DNA of 64,000 nt, taken from assembly GCA_963850305.1 (NCBI GenBank), contig CAWKKR010000008.1, positions 1,536,001-1,600,000 of the forward strand, given 5' to 3'. Below the pieces are notes generated by a model. It saw nothing but the letters and a program-made list of their open reading frames with translations. It did no database searches and was not told the origin of the DNA. This DNA comes from an uncultured delta proteobacterium (lineage in GTDB: Bacteria > Myxococcota_A > Polyangia > Polyangiales > Polyangiaceae). Shown one piece after another: positions 30,814 to 41,161 of the stretch (position 1 is its first letter; every line of letters starts with the position of its first letter). A program made the position numbers and the translations under genes.

Positions 30814-32790
30814 ATGCTTGGACTCGAGATCCGAATGCACGATCCCAATGCCGAAGAGTTGCGCGCGGAGATGCAGCGTCTGGTCACTGCCGGCAAGCTG
30901 GAGGGCGGTGCGAGCGATGCCGCCTCCGCGTTGCTCGGATTGTTCCTCGGCAACCTGCCCGATTTCCTCTTGCTGCTGTCGCTCGACGGCACGGTTCTGT
31001 TCATGAACCGGGCGCGGGCCGGCGTGGACATCCCGAGCGTCCTCGGGCACAAACTCGCCGAGTATTACTCCGCCGAGGCCGACCGGATCGCGCTCGAGCG
31101 AGCTTTCGCGCGCGTGGTGGCGACGGGTGAGAACACTTCGTTCGAGAACCACGCGCGCTATACCGACGGCTCGGAGCACGCGTTCCTCACCCGCCTGGCG
31201 CCCGTGAAACTGGAGGGTCGCGTCCTCGCACTGGCGCTCGCTTCCACCGAGCTCACCGAACAGAAGCGCATCGAGGAAGCGCTGCGTGCGAGCGTGGAAA
31301 GAGACCGGGTCACGCTCGCCGCGACCGGCATGGGCCTGTGGTCCTGGGACCTCGAGGGCCATGCGGTGACGTGGGACGCGGCGACGTGCTCGATCTGGGG
31401 TGTGACTCCGGAGACCGTGCCGAAAGACTTCCCCTCCTATCTCGCGCTGGTCCATCCGGACGAGCGTGAGCACCACGAGGCCATGATCGCGGAGATGCGG
31501 CGGACGGGCGTGTACCCCCAGCTCGAGCATCGCATCTTGCGTCCCGACGGCTCGGTGCGGCGCGTCCTGTTACGCGCGACGGTGACTCGCGCCGAAGACG
31601 GCAGGGTGATCAAGTTGATGGGCGGTGTGCTCGACGTCACCGAGCAACGTGAGATCGAAGAGCGCTCGCTCCAGGCCCAGAAGATCGAGGCCATCGGTCA
31701 GCTTTCGGCCGGCATCGCGCACAATTTCAACAACATGCTGATGATCATGCTGCCGAGTATCGAGCTCGCGATGCGCAACGCGGCGCCGAGCGATGCTTCC
31801 CTGCTGCGCAGCGCGCACGATGCCGGCTTGCGTGCGGCCGAGCTCGTGCGCCAGCTGATGATCCTGGCGGGCGCTCCGCGGACCCACACTAAGCAAACGG
31901 AGGACGTGAACGCGCTCGTCGAACGCACTGTCGCGATCTGCCGGCGCGCGTTCGATTGTAGCATCGAGATCGAGCTCCGGGCGTCCCCGCGGCCCGTGTT
32001 CGTGCTGGCCGACTCCACGCAGCTCGAGCAAGTGCTGCTCAATCTATTGATCAACGCGCGCGACGCGCTGAGCGAAGCCGGGCGCGACGCCAAGCGCGTG
32101 CGCGTCCAGGTCGACTACGACGTTGCGCCGCCGCTCGGGGCATTCCTGCGTCCGGCTGGCTACGCGGCGATCCGCGTGAGCGACAACGGCATCGGAATGA
32201 GCGCGGCGGTGCGGGAGCGCATCTACGAGCCGTTCTTCACGACCAAGGACGTCGGTCGAGGCACCGGTCTGGGCCTGTCCACCGCGCGCGGCATCGTCGT
32301 CGACCACGGCGGCTTGCTTGCCTGTGAGAGCGCGGAGGGTCGCGGAACGACCTTCGCCGTGTTCCTGCCGATCGAAGAGCGCGGGCCCGTGCCCGAGCCG
32401 CGAAGCCTCACACCCGAGCCGTTTCGCGCGCTCGGGCGCCCGACGATCCTGGTCGTGGACGACGAAGCGCCCGTCCGCGCCGTCGTGTCGCAGATGCTCG
32501 AGCACAGCGGTTTCGAAGTCATCCCAGCCGGGAGCGGCCGAGAAGCGCTCGCCATCGTTGGCCGCGAAGACGTGCGCCAGCGCCTCTCGCTCGTGCTGCT
32601 CGACTTCTCCATGCCTGACCTGTCCGGCAAGGAAACGCGCCGCGAGCTCAAGGTCCTCGCGCCCGAGCTCCCCGTCGTCTACTTCAGCGGCTTCCCTCTC
32701 GACGACTGCAGCGACGTCGCCGCCTTCATCCAGAAGCCCACCACCTACAGCGAGCTCCTGAACACCGTGCGTCGAGTCCTCGAGCCCTGA
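30814..32790 (+). CDS. PAS-PAS hybrid sensor histidine kinase / receiver
   Basis: 'GIAHNFNN' H-box, 'QVLLNLLINARDA', 'DNGIGM', 'FFTTK..GRGTGLGL', receiver 'ILVVDDE...LLDFSMP'. Confidence 0.93.
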   Translation: MLGLEIRMHDPNAEELRAEMQRLVTAGKLEGGASDAASALLGLFLGNLPDFLLLLSLDGTVLFMNRARAGVDIPSVLGHKLAEYYSAEADRIALERAFARVVATGENTSFENHARYTDGSEHAFLTRLAPVKLEGRVLALALASTELTEQKRIEEALRASVERDRVTLAATGMGLWSWDLEGHAVTWDAATCSIWGVTPETVPKDFPSYLALVHPDEREHHEAMIAEMRRTGVYPQLEHRILRPDGSVRRVLLRATVTRAEDGRVIKLMGGVLDVTEQREIEERSLQAQKIEAIGQLSAGIAHNFNNMLMIMLPSIELAMRNAAPSDASLLRSAHDAGLRAAELVRQLMILAGAPRTHTKQTEDVNALVERTVAICRRAFDCSIEIELRASPRPVFVLADSTQLEQVLLNLLINARDALSEAGRDAKRVRVQVDYDVAPPLGAFLRPAGYAAIRVSDNGIGMSAAVRERIYEPFFTTKDVGRGTGLGLSTARGIVVDHGGLLACESAEGRGTTFAVFLPIEERGPVPEPRSLTPEPFRALGRPTILVVDDEAPVRAVVSQMLEHSGFEVIPAGSGREALAIVGREDVRQRLSLVLLDFSMPDLSGKETRRELKVLAPELPVVYFSGFPLDDCSDVAAFIQKPTTYSELLNTVRRVLEP

Positions 32791-32811
32791 AGCCAGCACC
32801 CCTAGCTCGGC

Positions 32812-33585
32812 TCAAGGGACCCAGCGGGCCAGGATGCACGTGATGTTGTCAGGGCCGCCGCCTTCGTTCGCGGCGTCGATGAGACGGCGCGTGGCGGTCG
32901 GGAGATCCGCGGACGTCGTGACGATGTCGAGCATGCGCTCGTCGGTCACGGGGCCGCTCAGACCGTCGGAGCAGAGCAGGATGGTGTCGCGGGCCTTCGG
33001 GGTCTCGTAGCGCGTGTCGACCTTGACCGTGTCCTTCATGCCCAGCGCGCGGACGATGACGTTCTTGTGCGGGAAGTTCTCGATCTCCTCCGGCGTCAGC
33101 TTCTTCATCTTCCGGTAGTCGTTGAGGAGCGAGTGATCTTCCGTGAGCTGCTCGATCTTGGAGTCCCGGATGCGGTACGCGCGGCTGTCCCCGACGTGCG
33201 CGACGTAGATGCCGTCCTCGACCGCGAAGAGGGCACAGAGGGTCGTGCCCATGCCGCGCTGCTTGGCGTTCTTCTGTGCGGTCTCGAAGATGCGTAGATT
33301 CGAGAGCTTCACGCCGGTGATGAGACGGTTCTCCTCGTAGCCCTTCGAGCGGTCCATCTTGTAGGGCCAGGTTCGCTCGGGGTCCTCGGACGTCGCGCCG
33401 AAGAACTCTTGCAGCGAGTCGATCGCCATCTTCGACGCGACCTCGCCCGAGGCGTGTCCACCCATGCCGTCGGCGACGATGTACAGACCGAACTCCGAGA
33501 AGATCGCGAAGTTGTCCTCATTGTGGGCACGTTTCCGTCCCACGTCGGTCTGACCGGCAACCTCGATCCTGAGCGGTTGATTCAT
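32812..33585 (-). CDS. PP2C-type Ser/Thr phosphatase (Stp1/IreP, myxobacterial Pph1-like)
   Basis: 'GRKRAHNED', 'VADGMGGH', 'HVGDSR', 'LLCSDGL', 'GGPDNIT'. Confidence 0.93.
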   Translation of the reverse strand: MNQPLRIEVAGQTDVGRKRAHNEDNFAIFSEFGLYIVADGMGGHASGEVASKMAIDSLQEFFGATSEDPERTWPYKMDRSKGYEENRLITGVKLSNLRIFETAQKNAKQRGMGTTLCALFAVEDGIYVAHVGDSRAYRIRDSKIEQLTEDHSLLNDYRKMKKLTPEEIENFPHKNVIVRALGMKDTVKVDTRYETPKARDTILLCSDGLSGPVTDERMLDIVTTSADLPTATRRLIDAANEGGGPDNITCILARWVP

Positions 33586-33726
33586 CCCGGATTCGAACCC
33601 AAATCAGACGCTATCGACCGGATTCTTTCGTGTCAATTCGAACCCGTCGCGGCCTTGGCCGCACAGGGAAGACTCTGGCACGGCGGCTCTTGACTCGGCG
33701 CGCCGTGGACGATGAACCCGCAGGCA

Positions 33727-34401
33727 TCATGGCTCGAGAGTTCGAATACCGGCTTCGCCGGCCACGATGATGCGATGGGCACGGCCCACGAAGAGACCCG
33801 AGTCCACGACGCCAGGAATCAGCGCGAGCCGCGATTCGAGCCCCGCGGGGTCGTCCACGATACCCGCATGTACGTCGTAAAGGAAGTTTCCCGCGTCGGT
33901 CATCCACGGGGCGCCGTCTTTCGAGCGGAGCTCGACCCGGCCGAAGAGCCCGAGCGCGGCGATCGTCGAGAGCCGGCCGAAGGGCAGGACCTCGACCGGG
34001 ACCGGCCATTTCTCCCCGAGGCGTGCGCTCAGCTTGGACTCGTCCACGACGATGATGTTCGTCCTGGCGGACTGATTGACGATCTTCTCGCGAGTATGGC
34101 AGCCCCCGCCGCCTTTGATGAGATCGAGCGACTGGCTCACCTCGTCCGCGCCGTCCACGCAGACGTCGATGAGCCAGGGACCTTCGTCCGGGAGGAGCGG
34201 GATGCCGAGGCGTGTAGCCTGCGCGCGGCTCGCCTCGCTCGTGGGGACGCCGCGGAGCTTGCGTCCCTGCTTCACGAGCTCCCCAACGCCGTCGATGAAG
34301 AGCTTCGCGGTCGACCCCGAGCCGAGCCCGACGATACCGTCTTCAGGGAGGAGTTCGAGCGCGGCGCGGGCCGCGAGCAGCTTGGCTTGATCTTGATTCA
34401 T
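33727..34401 (-). CDS. rpiA: Ribose-5-phosphate isomerase A
   Basis: 'GLGSGST', 'DGADEV', 'IKGGGG..REK', 'PVEV', 'TDAGN'. Confidence 0.95.
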   Translation of the reverse strand: MNQDQAKLLAARAALELLPEDGIVGLGSGSTAKLFIDGVGELVKQGRKLRGVPTSEASRAQATRLGIPLLPDEGPWLIDVCVDGADEVSQSLDLIKGGGGCHTREKIVNQSARTNIIVVDESKLSARLGEKWPVPVEVLPFGRLSTIAALGLFGRVELRSKDGAPWMTDAGNFLYDVHAGIVDDPAGLESRLALIPGVVDSGLFVGRAHRIIVAGEAGIRTLEP

Positions 34402-34466
34402 GGTGGGTCGCGCTGGATCGTTCTTGCGACATTCGCGCGCCGGCGGCAGGCCTTGCGGTCACGTAT

Positions 34467-35747
34467 TCACCGCTTCATGGCGGTCCGGCTGTCGGCGTCT
34501 CTGGGCATCACGTAGAAGAAGTCGCGCCGGTTGGGCTCGCGGATGTACTCGTCTTCACTGAACTCGAAGCCGTCAGCCAGTGCGACCGCGATCCGCTTCG
34601 ACGATTCCGCGGGCGCGCCCTTCTTTCTCTCGAACGTCACGAACTTCGGATAAGAGAAATTGACGTCGAGCTGCGCGACGGTGGTGGCTCCCGCGTGGTG
34701 CATGCCGTCCGCGATCGCGCGCGCCGTCGTGTGGTTGCTGATGCTGACGAAGAGGATTTCCCGGGTCCGATCGATGCCGATGGCGGATCTGCGGATGACC
34801 GTCTCGCCGTCGAGCGTCGCGCCCCACCTCTTCGCGAGCTCCGGGTCGGCGAGGCGGAAATGCAGGACATCGTTTTCGTACATGCAGACCGGCGTCTCGC
34901 GCCAGAAGACCATGTTCGCCGCGTCGCTCGCCAGCTCGTTCCAGGTCGCGATGCGGATCGAGTCGTCCTTGTAGCCCGCGATCGTGCAGACGCCTGGCTT
35001 CGGCTTCACGAGGAGCGTGTCGTCGGCGAACATGCCGTAGTGGCCGTGCTCGGTCTTGAAGCCACCATTGAACGCCGCGAGCACGCGATCGCGGCTCTCC
35101 TCGGGAATGACGCCGGGCCGCGGCACGTTCAGCGCGCCGTCTTCGGTCGCTTGAGGCTCTTTCGTGCCGGCCACGAGATGCAGGCGAACGCGGCGCAGGT
35201 CGATGGCCACGACGAAGACCTCCGCCCACGAGCGGTTCTTGTCCGGGTGCAGGAGCGTCTTCATCATCGTGACGGGGTCGTTCGGGCGATCGGGATCGGA
35301 CATCGGGACCCATTCGCCGTCGCCAGGCGCGGACCACTCCTTGAGCGCCGGTCCGACGTCCGCCATCGCGAATGGCGGCAGCACGACTTCCGCGGATTTC
35401 GATTCCGCTGCCGTTGCGGGCGCTGCCTTCGGCGAAGGCGCGGCCTGGCGGGTCCGGGGCACGCTCCAGTAGGCTCGTGGCTTCTCCCCGCGGCGCCAGA
35501 CTCGATCGACGCGGTCCTGCACGCGGTAGGCGAAGTCCTCGAGACTCGCGACCGCGTCCACCCCGATGACGGAGCGAAGGCCGTCCGCGACGTACGGTCC
35601 CAGCCAGCCCACCCGATTGACTGCGATCCAGAGCGCGAGGACCGCAGCTCCGCCGAGTCCCAGAACCACGCCGGCGACGCCGCCGGGTACCACGCGCCGC
35701 CGCCGTCGGGGCCTTCCGGATTTCGGGCTCGGGCGCGCGCCGGGCAT
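34467..35747 (-). CDS. Membrane-anchored protein, phosphodiester glycosidase (NAGPA)-like
   Basis: N-terminal TM, 'LAAFNGGF', 'RRSAIG', 'AQLDVN', 'RDFFYV'. Confidence 0.6.
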   Translation of the reverse strand: MPGARPSPKSGRPRRRRRVVPGGVAGVVLGLGGAAVLALWIAVNRVGWLGPYVADGLRSVIGVDAVASLEDFAYRVQDRVDRVWRRGEKPRAYWSVPRTRQAAPSPKAAPATAAESKSAEVVLPPFAMADVGPALKEWSAPGDGEWVPMSDPDRPNDPVTMMKTLLHPDKNRSWAEVFVVAIDLRRVRLHLVAGTKEPQATEDGALNVPRPGVIPEESRDRVLAAFNGGFKTEHGHYGMFADDTLLVKPKPGVCTIAGYKDDSIRIATWNELASDAANMVFWRETPVCMYENDVLHFRLADPELAKRWGATLDGETVIRRSAIGIDRTREILFVSISNHTTARAIADGMHHAGATTVAQLDVNFSYPKFVTFERKKGAPAESSKRIAVALADGFEFSEDEYIREPNRRDFFYVMPRDADSRTAMKR

Positions 35748-35884
35748 CGCCCGGCAACATAGTCCAAGGACCGCGCCCGGGCCCATTCGCCGGCTAGGAG
35801 GACTGGCAGGAGACCCGTCTCCGGGCCGAAACGCCGACCATCGACTCAAGTGAGCGCTGTCATGGTGATAATAAAGAAACCTGG

Positions 35885-38800
35885 ATGAGCCTCGAGCGAT
35901 CCCGCACCTGGTGGCTCGTCTTCGTTGCGGTGCTGTGCGCCGCCCTCGGCGCGACACACGCCGCCCGCGCGGACCCGGACCCGGATCGGGACGCGGCTTC
36001 GGCGCCCGAGGCGCTGCCGGACCTGCATCCTGCGGCGGATCTCGGCACGCTTGCCGGGCGTTCGATCACGCGCATCGAGATCGTTACGCGAGGCGGGCGC
36101 TGGGCCGATCGGGTGTCGTTGCGGCGTGTGCGCGTCGGGGACCCCCTGAGCGGCGAAGTCGCGCGGAGAGCGTTGCACGAGCTGTCGGACACGGGCCGGT
36201 ATGCCGACCTCGTTGCCGAAGCAGAGCCGGACGGCGACGGGGCGGTGCTCCGGATCAGCGTCACGCCGAGGCGTATCGTGACCGCGACGCAGATAGTCGG
36301 CGGCACACTCGACGACGACGAGACCCTCCACGCGACCGGCATCGAGGCGGGCCGCGAGATCACGAGCGACGATCTCGCCAAGGGCGCCGCGCGGCTTCGC
36401 GCGTTCTACGCCGATCGAGGCTATCCGAAAGCCACTGCCGGCATCGACGCCATCGACACCGACGACCCGATGCAGGTCATCGCCGTGCTGCACGTGTCAC
36501 CGGGCGCGCCGCGTTCCATCGCTCGTCGCGTGCTTCGCGTCACGCCGTCGCCGTCACGGCGCCTCTCCTCGCTCGTCGACGACTACGCGGTTTCTGCCGG
36601 CGACCGCGCGGACGGCGATGCGCTCGCGCGCGCAGACGGAGACCTTCAGGACGCGCTGCGAAACAATGGCTGGGAGACCGCAGCCGTCGCGCATCGCCTG
36701 GAGGGAACGGGGCGAACCGCGGTGCTCTTCGTCGACGTCCGCGCCGGGCCCGAGGTCGAGATAAAGTTCGAGGGCAATCACCGCTTCGACGAGAGCGAGC
36801 TCACGGACGCACTCGATCTCGGAGACAACGAGGACCGAGCCCCCGGCACGCTCGCGGCCCGCATCGAAAAGTATTACGTGGACCGCGGGTTCCTGGACGT
36901 CCGGGTCACGCCGGAGCTCCGCGGCACGCCGAGCGACGCGAAGAACGTCCTCGTGCTCCACGTACGAGAGAACGAGATCGTCACCGTCATCCGGCGCGAA
37001 TATCCGTGCCTCACGGGAAAGCGCAAGGCGAGTGGGGTGGACGAGGAGATCGATAGCTTCCTCTCCGAGGCGTTGCCCGGGACGGGCATCATCGGTCCGG
37101 TGGATCCACGAGTCGTGGACTCGGTGCTCGGGCCGCGCAACCTGACGGGGTCGCGCGTCGCACCGCTGGAAACCAATCCGTGGCGGACCTACGTCGAGGA
37201 CGTCTACGACCGGGCCACGCGACATCTGCAAGAGCTCTATCGCTCCGAGGGATATCTGTCCGCGACGGTGGGGCCCGTGGCGCTCCTTCGCCGCCAGTGC
37301 AATCGACACTCGTCCGCCGGCAAATGCGTGCCCATAGGCGAGCTCATTCGACCGCTCGTTCAGTGTCCGCAAAGCGACACGGACCTGCCCGTCGCGGACC
37401 AGCCGCCGCCGACGCCGTGTGTCCCCGATCCGCGCCACGGGATCCGCTGCGAGTCGGGCGTCGTGCTCGAGATCCCCGTGAAGATTGGCCCGCGCGCGAT
37501 CTTGTGGGACGCCTCGTTCGAGGGCAACCGCGTGCTCGTGGAGTCCGATCTGGCGCGCATCGCGGATCTCGGCCTGGGCGAGCCAGTGTCGCAGATCGAA
37601 CTCGACCGAGCGCGCCGACGGTTGCTCGACGAGTACTCCGAGCGGGGGTTCGCCTTCGCGGACATCGAACAGCGTATCGAGCTCTCGCCGGATCACACGC
37701 GGGCCCGCGCGCGATTCATCATCAACGAGCGCGACCAAGTGAGGGTCCAGGACATCGTCGTTCGAGGCGCGCGACGGACGAACGAGGGGCTCATCTTCGC
37801 CCGCGTCGCGCTCGTCAAGGGAGGCCTCTATCGCCGCAGTCTCGTGCGGGCAACCGAGGAGCGGCTCGCCACCCTCGGCGTCTTCTCGAACGTCTCCGTG
37901 ACGCTCGAGGACCCCGAAGTTTACGCGAAGGAGAAGGTCGCCGTCGTCACCGTGCGCGAGCGGGCGTCCCAGTATCTGGACGTGCGCCTGGGCTTCAGCA
38001 CCGGCGACGGACCGCGCGTGACGTTCGAATACGGTCACCGGAACCTGGGCGACCGCGCCATCCGCTTGACGATCCGCGCGCAGCTCGGGATTCTTGCCGG
38101 ACTTTCTGATCTTCGACCCGACCGTGCGCGCTCACTTCCAGGCGCTGCCGCTGCAGCAGCGGCTGGAGCGGCAGGACACCGTTTCCGTCGAGTTACCCGA
38201 AATCGGGCTCGGTGCCCTGTTCCCGTTCGGCGTCGATCTCATCGACGTTCGCGACAACTCGCGCGACTTCGGCCTGACGAAGGACGCGGCGATCGTCACG
38301 CAGAGCTATCGACCGACGACGCGTTTCGTGACTCAGGTCGGCGGCTCCCTCGAGCGAAACGACGCCAAGATCTTCGCCGGAGAGACGATCGAACAGTACC
38401 TGGAAGCGAACCAGAGCTTCGGCCCGCGTCTGCGCGTGCCGGACGGCACGACCTTCGCGATCGCCGAGCGAGCGAGCGTGACCTGGGACCGTCGCGACAA
38501 TCCGTTCGACGCGACGCGCGGGACGTTTGCCTTCGCGAGCGTCGAGCATGTTCACGCGATCCCGATCGCGGAAAGCGAGAACACGCCGATCAGCGACTTC
38601 GTGCGACTCCAGAGCCGCATCGCCGGTTACATTCCGCTTGCCGACAACGGGCTCTCGCTCGCGCTCAGCTTCCGGTGGGGCCAGAACGTGCAACTCATCT
38701 CCGGCTCGAAGACATATCCGGATCGGCTGTTCTTCATGGGCGGAGTGGATTCGCTCCGCGGGTTTCTCCAGGAATCCTTGATTCCCGAGGACGTCGCGGA

Positions 38801-39146
38801 ACAGATCCTCCGTGACGAGAAGCGTGCAAACCAGCCCGGGGTGGATCCGAATTCTCTTCTGACGCCTGACAAGGTCGCCATTCGCGGCGGGGATCTCCTC
38901 CTGAATCCCCGCGTCGAGCTCCGCATCCCGCTCGTGGGTGCTCTCCAGACCGCGGTGTTCCTCGATACTGGAAATCTTTGGCTCGATCCCAAGACGGTGG
39001 ACCCGCTGAAGCTTCGTTACGCCGCCGGGACGGGGCTTCGAGCGGCGACGCCCGTCGGGCCTCTGGCTCTCGACGTCGGATTCAACCTCGATCGACGAGA
39101 CTGGGAAGATCCCTTTGCATTTCACTTCAGCATCGGTCTCTACTAG
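35885..39146 (+). CDS. BamA/TamA (Omp85) family outer-membrane protein with multiple POTRA domains; apparent frameshift near 38093
   Basis: Signal peptide and repeated 'FEGN...Y...G(F/Y)' POTRA motifs. Barrel in the second frame: 'RDNPFDATRG', 'FFMGGVDSLRGF', 'TPVGPLALDVG', terminal 'FHFSIGLY'. Confidence 0.9.
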
Positions 39147-39194
39147 AAAAGGGGCCTTTCGGCGGGCTCGCTTCGCTCGCGTAGTTCCGCACCT
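39147..39194 (+). repeat. REP-like intergenic repeat, copy 2
   Basis: TTCGGCGGGCTCGCTTCGCTCGCGTAGTTCCGCA, matching 27298-27331. Confidence 0.75.
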
Positions 39195-39352
39195 CGTTGA
39201 TCCCTCGGGGACGACGCTGCTCGTCGATGCGGAACTTCTGACCCCCGCCTTCCGTCGAGGGCATCCGATTTCGTCCGGGCGCCTCGCGTTTTCGAGCCGG
39301 TGTCCCTGGTATCGCGAACGGGGTCGCCCTAGAGAGTACGACCTTCGCGCCC

Positions 39353-41161
39353 ATGTTCGCCGCCTCAGAGATTCATCCGAGTCAGATCCCGACCACGCTT
39401 TCAGGGCAGTTCCGCCGCCAGGCCCCCCGCTACGGGGTCGGTCTGTTGCTCCTGGCCACCTACCAGTACTCCCAGTATTGGTTCGACACGCACCTCTCGC
39501 GCGCCATCGACGCCGCCGTGCGTGGAGACGCGCACACTGCAGGGCGGATCGGCGCGGCGCTCATCGCCGTCGCGGTCGGCGCGCTCGTGATTCGCGTGCT
39601 CTCGCGGGTGAGCATCTTCAACGGCGGACGCATCGCGGAGTACGAACTCCGGCGCGCGCTCCTCCACCAGCTGCAGCGCCTCGGTCCGTCCTTCTACCGG
39701 CGCATGTCGACCGGCGACATCATGAGCCGCGCGACGAACGATCTCACGCAGGTCAGATTGCTCTTCGGGTTCGGCGTTCTCAATTCCATCAACACGCTGT
39801 TTGCGCTCGTGAGCTCGCTCGCCGTGACGGTCCAGATTTCCGGACGGCTCACGGTTGCTTCGTTGTCGACGTTGCCGGTGCTCCTGGTTGCCATGTGGGG
39901 GTTCGCGCGAGCGATGTTCCGCCGCCAGCGGCAGAACCAGGAGGCCATCGGAAAGATGAGCGGCGCCGTCCAGTCGAGCATCGCCGGCGTTCGGATCGTG
40001 CGTTCCTTCGCGCTCGAAGAAGCGGAGCTTCGGCGCTTCGAGGTCATCAACGCAGACTATCTGGAGAAGACGCTCGGCCTGGCCCGGCTCCGCGGGCTCA
40101 TGTTCCCCGTGATGCAGGCGATCACCGCGGTCGGCACGATCATCGTGCTCTGGTACGGCGGCTCCCTGATGCTCCACGGGCACATGAGCGCGGGAAACTT
40201 CCTCGCGTTTTTCCGCGCGCTCACGCGGCTGACGTGGCCGCTCATCTCGCTCGGATTCTTGACGTCGATGCTCCAGCGCGGACGCGCCGCCTTCACGCGG
40301 CTCGCGGCGGTGTTCGAGGCGACGCCGGACATCGTGGACGGCCCGCTGCCCGCGCCGTCCGGCAAGCTCGGGCGGCTGTCGGTGCGCGGGTTGACGTTCG
40401 CGCATGGGGAGCATCGAATCCTCGACGGCGTGAGCTTCGACGTCGCGCCCGGTACCCTCGTCGCGATCGTCGGCAAGACGGGCAGCGGCAAGTCGACGCT
40501 GGCGGCGCTGCTCCCTCGTCTTCAGCGGACGCCCGCCGGGACCGTCTTCCTCGACGACGAGGACGTGTGCGATCTGCCGCTCCCGTACGTCCGGAAGACG
40601 ATCGGGTACGCGCAGCAAACGGCGTTTCTCTTCTCGACGACGATCGGCCGCAATATCGCCTATTGCCTGGAAGATCCCGACAGTGACGGCGCCATGGCGG
40701 AAGTGGAGGGCGCGGCGCGCGACGCGCAGATCGCGGAAGAGGTCGAGTCGCTCCCGGACGGATACGACACGGTCGTCGGAGAGCGCGGTGTGCAGCTCTC
40801 GGGCGGACAGAAACAGCGCGTCGCGCTCGCGCGGGCGCTGCTCGCCGAGCCGCGGGTCCTCGTGCTGGACGATCCGCTCTCGGCCGTCGACGCGCGCACG
40901 GAGCGGGCGATCCTCGACGTGATCGAGAAGCAGCGAGCCCGGCGGAGCGTCGTGCTCATCACGCACCGGGTCGCCGCCGCGGCGCGCTGCGACACCGTCT
41001 TCGTGCTGGATCGAGGGCGCGTCGTCGAACAGGGAACCCACGAGGAGCTCATCGCGAAGGGCGGCGTCTATTCGTCATTCGCCGAGGAACAGCGCGTGGA
41101 GCGTGAAATCGAGGCGCTGGGCGGCGCGGCAGTCTCGTTCGCGGAAGCGGTGCCGGCGTGA
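39353..41161 (+). CDS. ABC exporter, fused TMD-NBD, subunit 1
   Basis: 'TGDIMSRATND', GKTGSGKST, LSGGQKQR, LVLDDPLSAVD (degenerate Walker B). Confidence 0.93.
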   Translation: MFAASEIHPSQIPTTLSGQFRRQAPRYGVGLLLLATYQYSQYWFDTHLSRAIDAAVRGDAHTAGRIGAALIAVAVGALVIRVLSRVSIFNGGRIAEYELRRALLHQLQRLGPSFYRRMSTGDIMSRATNDLTQVRLLFGFGVLNSINTLFALVSSLAVTVQISGRLTVASLSTLPVLLVAMWGFARAMFRRQRQNQEAIGKMSGAVQSSIAGVRIVRSFALEEAELRRFEVINADYLEKTLGLARLRGLMFPVMQAITAVGTIIVLWYGGSLMLHGHMSAGNFLAFFRALTRLTWPLISLGFLTSMLQRGRAAFTRLAAVFEATPDIVDGPLPAPSGKLGRLSVRGLTFAHGEHRILDGVSFDVAPGTLVAIVGKTGSGKSTLAALLPRLQRTPAGTVFLDDEDVCDLPLPYVRKTIGYAQQTAFLFSTTIGRNIAYCLEDPDSDGAMAEVEGAARDAQIAEEVESLPDGYDTVVGERGVQLSGGQKQRVALARALLAEPRVLVLDDPLSAVDARTERAILDVIEKQRARRSVVLITHRVAAAARCDTVFVLDRGRVVEQGTHEELIAKGGVYSSFAEEQRVEREIEALGGAAVSFAEAVPA

